In this document: positions 24,611 through 36,582 of the stretch, one piece after another
How positions within the stretch are numbered: the stretch's first letter is position 1
Layout: each line of letters begins with the position of its first letter
Assembly: GCA_977016875.1 (NCBI GenBank)
Contig: CDRNST010000339.1
Span: 62,001 to 126,000, forward strand
Direction: 5' to 3'
DNA length: 64,000 nucleotides
Source of the DNA: Pavona decussata
Taxonomy: Eukaryota
The notes under the pieces: generated by a model
Told to the model about the DNA's origin: nothing
The model's input: the letters and a program-made list of their open reading frames with translations, nothing else
Database searches by the model: none
Position numbers and translations under genes: made by a program

Positions 24611-27600
24611 GGATCGTACTGTCTTTAAACGACTGACCGGTTGGAATCAGAAAAATGGCCAACAGTGGTTGTCAGTTGGGTCAACTGCTGACAGTCGCAT
24701 AAATGCAACATTGTGTTTTTGAAGTCAGAGATCGCAAATTAGTTTTCAGTCCTAGTGTTGTGATCAATTCTGAACAACTTTGAGGGGATTTGGTGTCAAT
24801 GGAGACTAATGCCAGTAAGGCACGAAGGTTTTATCCATCAGGGATTCAAAGCAAGCATGCTTAATTTTGCGTCCTCTGTATTTATTGAAGTTCACCATGC
24901 AATGTGCACCGCTGCTACTCCGGTAGTGAAGTTCAAGAACTGCAATTCAAAGTCAAAAGCACCCACTGAAAACAAACTGCCGCGTTGCTTGAGAATAACA
25001 GAGAAATAGAGAATTTCAATCAAAATTCTTAAGCTTTATTTCGAGGAGTTGAAAGTGGGTTTTCGACGTGCAAAGCAAAGAGCATGCAAAATAGACATCT
25101 CGCCAAATTTGCCTGTATTGAACGGATACTTCTAGTGACTGCCTGAATATTCACTCAGTTAACTCATGATTTTCCTCGAAAGTGGTGAGAATTTTATCTG
25201 TTTCGTAGATAAGATGCTCGTTTGATGTTAGTTTAAGGTAGGCGTATTGTTCGATTTCCATTAACTAAGTTTATAAATAAGGTCATTGATGGCTGGCCCG
25301 ACAAAGAAAAGTCAACAACTTCAGTTGAGTCAATACACCGGAATACGAAAAAATATTTACTGGTCCGTGATGTATGATGGAGAGATAAATTCTGCCATTG
25401 TCCAAAATAGAAGTGTTTGTACATTTTTCCCGATTTCCTCGAAACTATGCAGTACCATCCAGCTGTCAAGGCAGTGAACCATTTCACTTTTATTTGAAAT
25501 CATGACCCATGTCATCTGTTCAATGAAAAATGGATGTATTTGCAGGCCCAGTCTTTAATTATAAAGCGACAAAGGCAGCCTGACCGGCGCCAATATTCCG
25601 TTTATTGAGTGAATCAGTTTTCGAGAAAGAAAACTGATAATCTTTTGAAACTGTAAGTTAAATGATATTCGTAAGCCATAGATTTTATTGATAAAATCTG
25701 AAGGATATGTTTGGGAAAGGAAGTGTGTATCTTTTACAGTCTTTTGTGATTGTCCATTTGAGATTTTGCCGCAGGATAATTGTCAAGGCTTTTGGTAGTC
25801 CGGTTGCTTCCCGTGCTCAAACTGTTCAGTACAAGTAAAAACATCTTTGCCAGCTATTGAAAAATCCGGACTGCGAAATTTTTTCCGGGATCAGTGTATG
25901 AAAATCGCCGATTAGCACTGTCTTTGACGTCTCGGTATTCAAATTCCAGAATTTGATTTTTATTCTTGCTGAAGTGGTCTTACTTTAAAAAGACTGGCTC
26001 GAAATCGTAGAATATAAGATACCAGGACGCACTGGTGGATTCAGCAAGCGGCAGAGAACATTGATTCCCACTGATCTGTGCTATTAAAAAAAAACATATA
26101 ATTTAAATTATCCAATACGTGTTATTAATTTTAGGGCGTCTTGATCACCATGCGTTAAAAATAAACATGACTTGGATTAAGAACCAAGTTAATTTGTGAG
26201 CATAAATTCAGGTGAATGGCATTGAAGTAAGCATTACTCAGTTCCTGTTGATGTATTGTTTGGTACGCTGTAGAAGATGCATGGTTCGTACGTACTTTTG
26301 AGTCAGTGGATGAAATCATCAACTGTAACAATTAAATCAGTATCAAATGAAAGCTATACTGATCAGATCGTTCCTGTGCAGCTTCTTGTTCTAACCTTTG
26401 AGGGGTCTTTGAGACTGTAGATAAAGCAGCTAGTAAAATGAAAGCTTCAGAACTGTAGTTTTCTGTGAACGAAATGGTTCTAACATTTTTAGTCTGGTCT
26501 GTGGATGAATTCCTCCGATGATTCACTCAACTGCGAAGTCCTATCAGATTCTTGTACAATTTATTATGCTGTGCGAGGCATGCGCAGTAAGCAGAGAGAC
26601 AGTTATCGGCTGTGCAGTTCGTTTGTGAACACTGGTTTGTTCTAAAAGAACTAAATTTTAGAAAATATGGCAACTTGACTAAGACAGCTACAGCACAAAA
26701 TCTTAATTGTTTTATTAAACAAATCAATGAAGTCACTCTAAGAAATATTAAGACAATGAATCTATTGTTGTCAGCGGGGTAAAAATTAATCAGTCGCCCA
26801 AAGTTTTGTGGTTTTTAAAGGGAGTACAGACCACAGCGCTTCGCTGATTTCATTTCATTAGAGCTAAAGAATTTATAGCTTATGGGCACTAAAGTTAAGA
26901 GAGAACATTCGACAGCACGCACTCCTTTTTCACTGTATGACCCTGTATCAGCAACCAAGACAAACGAACTGGAATGTCGAAGCCTTCAATCACTTATCAT
27001 CCCGCCAAACGTCTTTCTTGAGTATCCTGTAAAGCTTTTTAGTCTTTTGTAGACTTTCGTGTCCCCGGCATCATCTGTAGGCTGCTAATACGTCGGCTTC
27101 TGTTAAATTTGCTACTGTGGGTGAGAACAATCCCACCGCCAAACTAAAGAATTGTTTTGATACTTAAATCTAAACGTTGATATTTATAGATTATGCCTGA
27201 GGCAAGCTGAAAATTAGTTTTACCGTTCTGCCGTTCCTGACAGGGATGACAAATTCATGTAGACCGTTGGAGATAAAGACGAACTCTACTTTTTTTCCGT
27301 TCCTTCGTTAAATGCATGAAATCTACTTTTGCCGGTTGGAGGAGCATGGAAGATGAGCTTAGGCCGCTAAGTTTGTCGGGGATCTAGAAAGATACACGAG
27401 TTTTAAGCGTCTAGGAAAGTGTTCCTTTTCCCGATCCCGACCACGAAGGACAACTCTATTTCATTGTAAGGAAAAAAGCTGCTCTCTAGCCGCACAATCT
27501 AAAAACAATTCTTCGCAGATAAATCGTGGAAAATGAACAAAAGATCGGCATAAAAAAGAAAGACGAAAGACTGGCATCTAATTGTCCCTCCGGCGACTTA

Positions 27601-27829
27601 GAGTTTTTATCAGTTTAGTCCCGTGCTCGTGACACCTAAATGCTACAATTTTCATGAAAAGTGTGCTGAATTATAAATAAATAATAATTAATATACTCGA
27701 GTTTGCGGTCAGTTCGTACTTTACTACTTTCAGAACTGAGATATTCCAAACTTTCTAAAAAAAAAACCCAAGTTTGGAGAACGATGAGCGTTCCTTTCTT
27801 GCGTGATTTAGCTTAACAGTTGCGAATTA

Positions 27830-28260
27830 AATGGATGAAATCCTAAAGTGTGACCATTCAAATGAAAGCTGCGGAGCAGTACTTTCCTGTGGTGTTTCAA
27901 ATTTTTACGTCTGTGGATTAAATCCTAAAGTGTGAACATTTAGTTGAAAGCTACTGAGCAGTACTTTCCTGTGGTGCTGTTTATTATGCTGTACAAGGTG
28001 GTTCTGACTTTTGGGTCTGTTGATTAAATCCTAAAGTGTGACCATTTAGATGAAAGCTACTGCGCAATACTTTCGTGTGGTGCTATTCATTGCTGTTCAG
28101 GTTGGTCCTACCTTTTGTGTCTGTGCACGTGGAGGATCAAGTGTTGGGTCAATCGAATGAATTCTTTTGAAGACTACTCTCGTGTCGGGTGTTGTCTGCG
28201 TCTGAGAGCAGCCGCTCAAAGCGAAATGTGAAGTATTTCATCAGCTTTTATTTCGAGTGC
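27830..28260 (+). repeat. Second tandem array (about 4 units) of the same ~104-bp repeat, opposite orientation
   Basis: gtggat(g/t)aaatcctaaagtgtgaccatt...tgaaagctactgagcagtactttcctgtggtg repeated near 27832, 27915, 28020 and 28130. Isolated degenerate monomers also occur near 21480, 26300, 39480, 47460, 52350 and 58670. Confidence 0.9.
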
Positions 28261-28949
28261 TCTTGGGCCTAGTTATGTTTGTTCTCAACCAGTCTTAACC
28301 TTGTCAACTTTTAACCTTCCTTCTCTCTTCATAGCCTCTCTATAGTATTGTTTTGCCTTTATGCCAAACATTTCATTTTTATTTATCTAATTTCCATTCG
28401 ATTAAGCTCGGTAAACAGGTCGTTTGTGTTAGCCACTATTTCAGTTTTAAAATACCCGACTTAGCTGTAACCCAGATGATCAAGAAATGTCCAAGCTATG
28501 TTGACACACAATACATAACCGGATAAAACAATGAATCAAGTAGATCAGTGCTTTGAGTAGGTTCATCATGCAAATTATAGTCAGACCCAAATATTAGGCT
28601 TGTGGTTTTGGCAGCAACATTCAGTTTTGCTGTGATAATACCTCTCGTTTGTTTAAGATCACCGATCGAAGTAAACTGGCCTTTTTCAGAAGGAATAATT
28701 AAATTTGAGACATGGGGCTCAGACCTCATTACAGCTGTTATTCGGTTTTGTAAAATGAAGTGAACCCCCATTCCCCACAGTAGCTTTCAAAGGTTAGGAT
28801 CTCCCCCCCCCCCCCCCCCAAAAAAAAAAAATGGAGGACTCGATGTTTGTTGACTGCTAACATCTCGTATGCCTGCAACACCGCCATCTTAACTTATTGA
28901 CCCACCCTTGTTATTTAGTAATTCTACCACAAGAAGGGTAAATAAACCA

Positions 28950-28951
28950 AT

Positions 28952-28986
<35 letters not shown>

Positions 28987-28989
28987 TTT
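28950..28989. repeat. (ATTT)n microsatellite
   Basis: About 10 perfect ATTT units. Confidence 0.95.
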
Positions 28990-29549
28990 TTTTTTATGAA
29001 CGGTGGTGTGGACCCTTCCCTGGAAAATCTATGAAAATCGATCTGACTATACAAAAACCATTACCAGGATTGCTTATGTCGGAAAATGTCAGCCCTAAGT
29101 TCATATTAAATTTGTGTTAATTCAATGCCATATTTTCTTCATGCGTCGCTTATCAATTTATGTATTTGCCCAAACCGAGACAGACTTTGTCCTGAAGGGA
29201 GTGTTCGCTCTTTTCAAAATTGCCTTTACCCGAAAGTCTTTCTGGATACCCACTGCACTTGTAACCGGCCCACTCCGCTTTCCCGTTCCAGAGAAGGACC
29301 ACGTTTTGAAATACTCAGGCTTTGATTTAGTTGTGGAAGCGTTAGGAATGCATGTAGTGGTTAGCATGTCGAACGTTTAATCGGAATATTGAAAAGCCAG
29401 TGTCTTTTGGGCTACTTTAATTGTGTTGTTTCCGTAAAGGTAATGTTACGGGAAAATTTTTAATGCAACACTGCGCGCGAACAAATTGCTTCCTTATTGT
29501 CCGCGTGCTTTTTACACGAGAGCAAGAAATGGTTTGTGTACCATCACCT

Positions 29550-29730
29550 TTACACAAGAAACTAAACGGCCTCATTGTTCCCCTTGTGTAAGTAACTAAC
29601 AGCAAAATGCTGAGGTTACCATGCGATAGACCAGTATCCTACATAGGGAGAACTCAGTAATAATATTCTCAGTTACTTCACGCTATAGAAAAGAAATCGG
29701 ACTTAATAAAGCATCGGCCATGTGGGCCGT
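29550..29730 (+). mobile_element. Degenerate SINE body (family with cctgcgatggactagcatcccatccag core)
   Basis: aatgctgaggttaccatgcgatagaccagtatcctacatagggag...cttcacgcta. A short piece of the same family (gtggactagcatcccatccgggg) lies near 63000. Confidence 0.5.
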
Positions 29731-32700
29731 GCCCATAGCTAGTGTGCAAACTTGCCATTTGAAAAAGATCGAATACGTTATCCGATATAATCCATGCGTA
29801 AGTACTTCTCTTAAGCGACCGTCTCCTTTAATTACTAGGTCACTTTGTCCTCTTTCCTCGTACATGTACATGTCGGATCGCTAACGAGCGAGTTGACTTC
29901 GTTCGTTTGTGCTAATCATTCCGAAGCGCAAACGAGCACAGAGCGCCTATTTCTTCCCCCTCCCACCATACACTTAGAAGCCTCATTTGATTCAGACAAA
30001 ATGGTTGGTATTGGGATCTAAGTCGCTTCCTTTAGGGCGCTTTTGTTAAATAGCCAATTGGACAGTTGCAGTTGTTAAACTCGTTTGTAGTTTTTAATCT
30101 CTTTAATTTTTTTTTACAGCTAGTCGAACCTACGCGCCAGTTGAGTGCTGAGTATTCTAGAAGAATCTAGAGATATCCACATCACCTGTAAGTACTAAAA
30201 CTTTTTTTTCTTTTCCTGACCGTGCATGCATGGCTACGAGATCTGTTAGCACATCTTAGCAAGTGTGAATAGTTTATACAATCTCGACAGTTTAAAATGC
30301 TTGTGTTTTTTTATAACGTCAAATAACGAGATGTTGAAGGACATTTTGCACCAAGGAATTTTGGCCATTACATGAGGTTCAGTTAATAAAGTAAAAGTAG
30401 CTGAAGTGGTTGGAATTTCCGTACGATAAAAGACTCTAATCGCGATAAGAAACCACACACTGTAAGCCAATAAGCTGTCTAATCTGTGGAGACTATATCA
30501 AAACCTTCCGGCGTTGTGGAGGACTTTGTATAAGACCGTTTTTGGACTGAGCAGAGGGACTTGCTATCAACAGGCTAACGTGAGTACTTATAATCAGTTT
30601 TTCGGATTCATGAGTAGAAAACACAATTTCGCCTTCTATTTCAAACCTCTAGCTATTTCCAATTCCCCCAATCCGGAGCGATAATGTTTATAGTTACGTT
30701 TTACTGGCTATCTAATATGCGCTTGTTCTTGAACGAATTTTGATTTCCTTTGATGTCTTCAAGGAAGTGGAAGTCTACCGTCAGGCAATCAGTTGGTATA
30801 CGGCCTGCTAGCTTCCTTGCTGTTGTTTGTAATCAGTGATTTTCTACCTAACGTGAACGTTTCAAGGTGAAAGCCTACCCATGAAGGACCTAAACACAAA
30901 CGACGCAAATGCGATACTTCGGTGATAAATCTGCCATTTGATTGCCCTCAAGATAATCTGTTTATCTCTGTATTGGACTATCCAGAACACTGAATTCTCT
31001 GTTTTTAGCGTTAAATGCCGTTCGATGATATTATCAGTCCATTACAACGTATTGTGATAACCATTTTGCTTATAAATTACGAACATTAAGCACAATCATC
31101 CTTCAATGATATCCCTTTACATGCAAAATTTCTGGGTGTAGCTTATCGTGAGTGATCTCCAGACTCACGAAACCAAAGGGTTAACGTAAACATTTGGTAT
31201 TTATCAGTGATGTAAATAGAAATTATTGCCTATTCGAAATTTTTGATGACTGTTTGTCTAAAACTACACTAGAATTGAATGATTGCTCTATAGGAAATGG
31301 TTTAATTACTCTGACAATGAATGGAATTTGATTGTTCAAGTCAAGCTTTTCAGGGTTGTTTTCATCAACAAAATGTTTATTTCTTGAATAATCAACATTA
31401 AAACATTTGACAGCAAGATTCTACTGTAATGATGCAATTATCGAACCCAATTATTTCGATCTTCATTCACGCTTCTTGACTAACTGCGCAACTTCTGATT
31501 TATCAATCAATATGTCTTTTTCTTGCTCTGTGCTGTTACTGTGTTACTTGGGTATCTGGCGATGGTCGAATTCATGCAGAATGGATAAAAGAGGACGCAA
31601 ACTTGAAAACATATTTTCTACAGTCCGGCTTATTTAACGTTTAGACACTTGTAAATGCAGAGGCAATAGATTGCATAATGTTCCTTGATAAAGCATCCCC
31701 ACCCTAAACCCTAGATGTTCAATTCCGATGGAAAATCGCGATCGTATCAGTCAGTGAATGGAAGCCTCAGTTGATGGCTGGCAATGAGACCTTTTCAGCA
31801 ATGTTTTTCTATGGTGCGATGGTCGTTTCCCAATGTTTTTCTAAGCTTCACCACAACCTGCGATCATTAATTCTTGTGAAGATTATGAACTAAGAACTAA
31901 GGAATTCTTGAAGAGAAATGTTTCTAATCAACACCCAGTGCTCCCAAGTCCGTGGTATTACATAACCTGCCCAATGTTTCATCTTTGGAAAAGGTCCAAA
32001 AACGACGCCGCAAAATCGAGCCGCGTTTGACCTCAGTTGATGTGTTATGTGTATGTAGGGACCTCATTTACTACTCACTCTAGCCCCAACTCTGAGGAAC
32101 ACTGATTTTGTAATTTCTGAACTCTCAAAAAACGATTTTAAGGTGTGGTTTTTGTTTTGTCTCTAAAGGGAACTTTTTAAAAATGTTTGACAGAGAAACT
32201 GGTGCACAAGTCACTCCAGATTAATTTTCTTCTTACATGGCCATTCTTTCCCCTAATGCAATATCAGTGCGTGCATCTATAGATAAGAACCCTCTCTTGT
32301 AAGAACCTAAAACATGTGTTGCCAGGTTTAACTTGAGTCTCAGACACCATCTACATCAAGACAGACCGAGAATATAAGCAATCATGAACTTAAAAAAAAA
32401 TAAGGAGAGAGAAAAACTGAGATACTACATTTCTCGCAATCATGAGTCTGATTCCCTGCTCAGCATGTATGAAATGTTAAAGCACGTGATTTCCCCTAAC
32501 ACATTTAAGTGGTGTGTTCTCCTTAGACTTCAGAGGTGAGACGTTGTAGACCATGACACGAAATGTAACTTGCTATTGCTGTGTCTAACACCGTAGGCTA
32601 TTTTGAGCTGGCTCTCGCTGGATCGAAAAGGAACTCTATTGCATAACCTTGGATCCTGTATACAGTAATTTGGAACAAACTTCATATTTCTCCAACGAAT

Positions 32701-32784
32701 TTTTGTTTTCCGGGGGCGTTACAAGTACAAACTACTGCACTAACGAATGTTTGATTTTATAAACAGAGTTTGTAACTTAAGGTC

Positions 32785-32860
32785 ATTTGGCCGCCGTAAC
32801 TAAGAGATTCGAGTGCCGACGCTTAATTCGAGCCTTAGCCCTTCGTCAGAGCAGATCTAA
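32785..32860 (-). mobile_element. Penelope-like terminal repeat fragment with decayed hammerhead core
   Basis: Minus strand reads gctCTGACGAagggctaaggctcGAATtaagcgtcggcactcgaatctc; same family as 61765-62025. Confidence 0.5.
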
Positions 32861-33562
32861 AAAGCGGAATCCAAACTTATATAATCCGGATATCTCCTTT
32901 GATATTGTGAAGAGTTTACTTGGCCCCAAAGGCCCCACAATTGTCAGTGTAATTCAAACATGTCGCTCATATCTGTGTTACATTTGGTGTTCGGTTCGGC
33001 AATACTTTCGGCGTCACTCCTCCTTCCCCATCCAAGATTTCTAAATGTTTCAACAGCTCAGTTCCTTTACTTATTGATCCAATTTTTATCGCAATCATCA
33101 CTTGCCGGCTTTTCATACACCGCCAAAATTAGCGTGACCTTACTCCTCAATTTTAGCCCGCTCAAATAGAAGCACGTAATACTACTAATTTTAATTCTCG
33201 TGAAACCCAGTAACACCATTTTATCTTGTCAAAGATCTGAAACACAAGAAAATTGTTACTTTTTTGTAGTTATCAGTTGTACGTCCTTAGAGTGTTAAAG
33301 GAGCAAAGACCTCCTAGCCAACGAAGCATGCATTTCTGCTCTCTGAACCTAACCCACTCGCTCCCTCAACCTCCTCTTCAATCGGGACCCGTAGATTTAT
33401 GTAGATAAGCCAATGATCTAAGCTAATCTGATAAACGGTTCCTTTTTGGCAAGCTGTTTAGTTTAGCGGCAGCTTTAAAGTCTGGCGATAAACGATTCCT
33501 AATTCCTTTTTCGCTGGTTTACTGTCAGATAGCTAGGATCAGTTAAGTTAAAGGAAACTTTA

Positions 33563-33857
33563 AGCCGCCGTTACACGTTGAAACTTTAAGCTGAAACTTG
33601 GGTGCAACGGCGCTGCGAAACAAGTTTCAGCAGGCGTTGTGCCGTGTAACATGGTCGGTTTCGTGAAACTTTTTCGAACTTCCGTTGCGAGACAAGTTTC
33701 ACGAAAAGTAGAACCGCTTTCTACTTCTGCAACGGCTTGCAACGGTCGCAGTGGTGAAAAAACAACAGTTTCACCGTGTAACACCACTTCGTGAAACTTG
33801 TCTCGTTTGCCGTTGCACACAAGTTTCAGCTAAAAGTTTCAACGTGTAACGGCGGCT
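33563..33857. mobile_element. PIF/Harbinger-type MITE, 295 bp, TTA target-site duplication
   Basis: TIR agccgccgttacacgttgaaactt.agctgaaacttg.gtgcaacggc is nearly perfect over ~48 bp. TTA at 33560-33562 and 33858-33860; internal gaaacttg/caagtttc subrepeats. Confidence 0.9.
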
Positions 33858-35087
33858 TTAAGTGGATAAGGGCAACCTGCGGCACTGTGTATGAAAACTA
33901 TGATTCACCTGAAGCCAATAGGTCAAGGAATGAAAATGCCTGCGAATACTGTGAATACTGTTTATTACATCTACACGAAACAACGATAGCAAAAGGTTAA
34001 AAAACAAGTCGATTATGATGTATCAGTAGTAGATAATTGAATTAAAACAGCTTCAGTCATGAACTAACAACATAAATATAACATCAATGTTTTTTTTTCT
34101 ACGATAGCCTCATTTCATCAGTGGGTGTACAGAGTACATGTGCTCACTGCTCGCCCGACCATACCAGCACGCGGGATTCATTACCCTAAATTAAACAATG
34201 GTGGCCAAAAATAAACTTCAAGTGCCTCCGGTGTTAGTCGGAAGACGCCAAAACTGATAAACTTTCTCCAAAAGTACAAACTCAAGTGTTTATCGTACGC
34301 GTCGTTCTTGAATGTTCCAAGCTAGCAACAAGAGGTGTATTAATGATATTACCCTTAGACAATGAACAGAAATTGTAGCTGTAGCAGACATATTTGGATA
34401 TACTTATTGATCGAGGATGTAATCTTGCCCTGCAGAATACACGCCCAAATATTTTCCTTTTAAAATAAGAAAGTCACCTGAAACTGTAATTCTTGCTCCA
34501 ATTTTTAAATCAAAATTAATCGGGTTTAGTAAGAGTAAAATATGAAGTTAAATACACACATTTTTTTTACGTGTGGTCTTTGGCAATTACGGTCGTTGAT
34601 TAGAAAATGTCATTTTTATTCTATTTTCTATAAATGGAGGTCACACAGGTCGAGAACAATCTGGTTTAAATTAATCATCACACAAATATCGATATCGTAA
34701 CAATCAATACACGGGCCGGTAAATAATATTCGATATCAAACTCTGTAAACGTTTGTTTGTTATGCATGCATGTTCTGCTCGCCCGCCCGCACTCCGCGTG
34801 CTCCTGTTTTCAAAGAAGTGTAAATTAAGTGTAAGAGCTTCTAGTTCTTACTGTTCTTCTGAAGTCTCAAACGTTCAAGTGAGTGTTGTTCATCGCAGCA
34901 ACGCAGAGACCACAAAGGTAAGTTTTGAGTAAGTCAAACGGAATCTGAAGAATCTTTCATGGTCTTTCATGTTTTCCTTGGTCGCAATGGATAAGTGCTT
35001 TCCGTGAAGATCTAACAGATTCCAGATTATTTCCCTGTTTCGTTTACTCTGGCCTTCAGTTATGTTTTATTAACAGAGAGATGGGGT

Positions 35088-35272
35088 GTAGGGTAGTTTC
35101 TAAAGGAACTGTGCTGTGGAAAAGGGAAAAGGAATATTTGGTTTTATTTGTCCACTGTTAAGACGTTTTTGAGAGCTGGCGTCTCGAATGCTTGCCCTTC
35201 GGTCAGAGGGTGGCCACATTACCTTATCAAAAACCTTATGTAAAACCAAAAATATGTTATATTTAACCTGGC
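35088..35272. mobile_element. Highly degenerate copy of the Penelope-like palindromic repeat
   Basis: gggtagtttctaaaggaactgtg...ttggttttat...gcccttcggtcagag...ggtggccacattaccttatca...aaaacc is shared with 61765-62025. Confidence 0.5.
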
Positions 35273-36288
35273 TGCCAAATCTGTGCCGTCAATGTCACTT
35301 TCTACTTTCCTGAAAGCCTTTAAGGATTCAGAGTTTGGAATAGGCGGATAGGACTTCATTCAAACACTCAAAAGTTTTAAACACAGACGTCGACTGGAGG
35401 CGTCATCGAGCTAAAAGTAAAGGCCAGGAGATAGTTGAATTTCGAATTTTAGCTCAAATGGGCATTCTTTTATGATTATTGATTACCTGAGAACTAACAA
35501 TTCATTTCTTCTGAACTTAAAATATCTGGCGAAGAACATTAAAGATCTCAGAGCCAACGGAAACGCGTGCCTGTATCATCGTTATGTATAGTATACAGTT
35601 GACCTCCTTTTAATCCCCCTCTAAGAGTCATTTTATTAGTCACGGAAGTTACCGATGTAAAACCTCGTCATCCTTCTCAATTGAAAGGTTTGAAAAATCA
35701 TTTTTTTTTTTTAATTATATATTTGAATCTGCATCACTGAAGTTTTTCTTGAGATGATTGATTGCATGTTAAACCTGTACATTTAGAAGCGTTTAGAAAG
35801 CTCCATTTTGTGGTAGATTATACTGAATCTGACGAATATCGGGTCCTTCTGTCTCAGACAGGAGCAAAAAGGAAACGAAACAAACACATCTGAAGGCTCC
35901 CATGTGAATCCGGGCCGAGATTAACTGACATTGTCTTTTTCGTGAAAGGAATGCTTTTCATCGGTATCTAAGTACTCCCCAAAAGAGATGTTGTAAGTAG
36001 ATGTACCAAAATAGAAAGAATGGCTGCCTTATTGGTCTATTTCCTTCTAGCACTTAAACTTCTCTCGTGTTGCTGAGCATCTATTGGTTACCTCTCGTAC
36101 CGTAGTGTCCACTCAATGCAGAGTTCAGATAACTACAATCCCACAATACAATAGCATCTATGGACACATAACACAGAGGACGCGTGCTTTGATGGTCTTT
36201 GATTGTTCCGGCAGTGGAAAACCATTAGCCATTATTCACTGTGGAAACAAATAACTTCAAACTTCTGTTCCGTAACTAAACAAACTGG

Positions 36289-36582
36289 GAGCGCTTTCCA
36301 TTTGTATCGAAAGACCAGTGAGAATTTTCCGCCAAATGGAACAGTACAATTCGCGTCTATGGAAAAACCCGTTGCTCCGGTGGGAAGTCGAATGTTCCTT
36401 TCCACTGAAAATCAGTTTGTTCATCAAGCCGCCTATTTCTTCAAGTAGCATGATAAGATATGATACAGTGATATTCCGGTAATTACAGTAAAACGAGAAA
36501 AAAAAGAATATATATAAGAAAGGAACGTTCCACTCGATATCCTACGGAACGACCGGTTTTTGGTTACAAATGGAAAGCGCTC
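36289..36582. mobile_element. MITE with 17-bp TIR
   Basis: gagcgctttccatttgt ... acaaatggaaagcgctc are perfect inverted termini; TSD not conserved. Confidence 0.8.

Noticed and set aside
29158-29367. 69-aa minus ORF with GKR and KR sites, as a neuropeptide precursor
   Set aside because: No signal peptide and no repeated peptide units.
33387-33400. acccgtagat resembling the start of miR-100 (also ttttagcccgc at 33151 resembling miR-2025)
   Set aside because: Only about 10-11 nt match my recollection of the mature sequences, and no precursor hairpin is evident.
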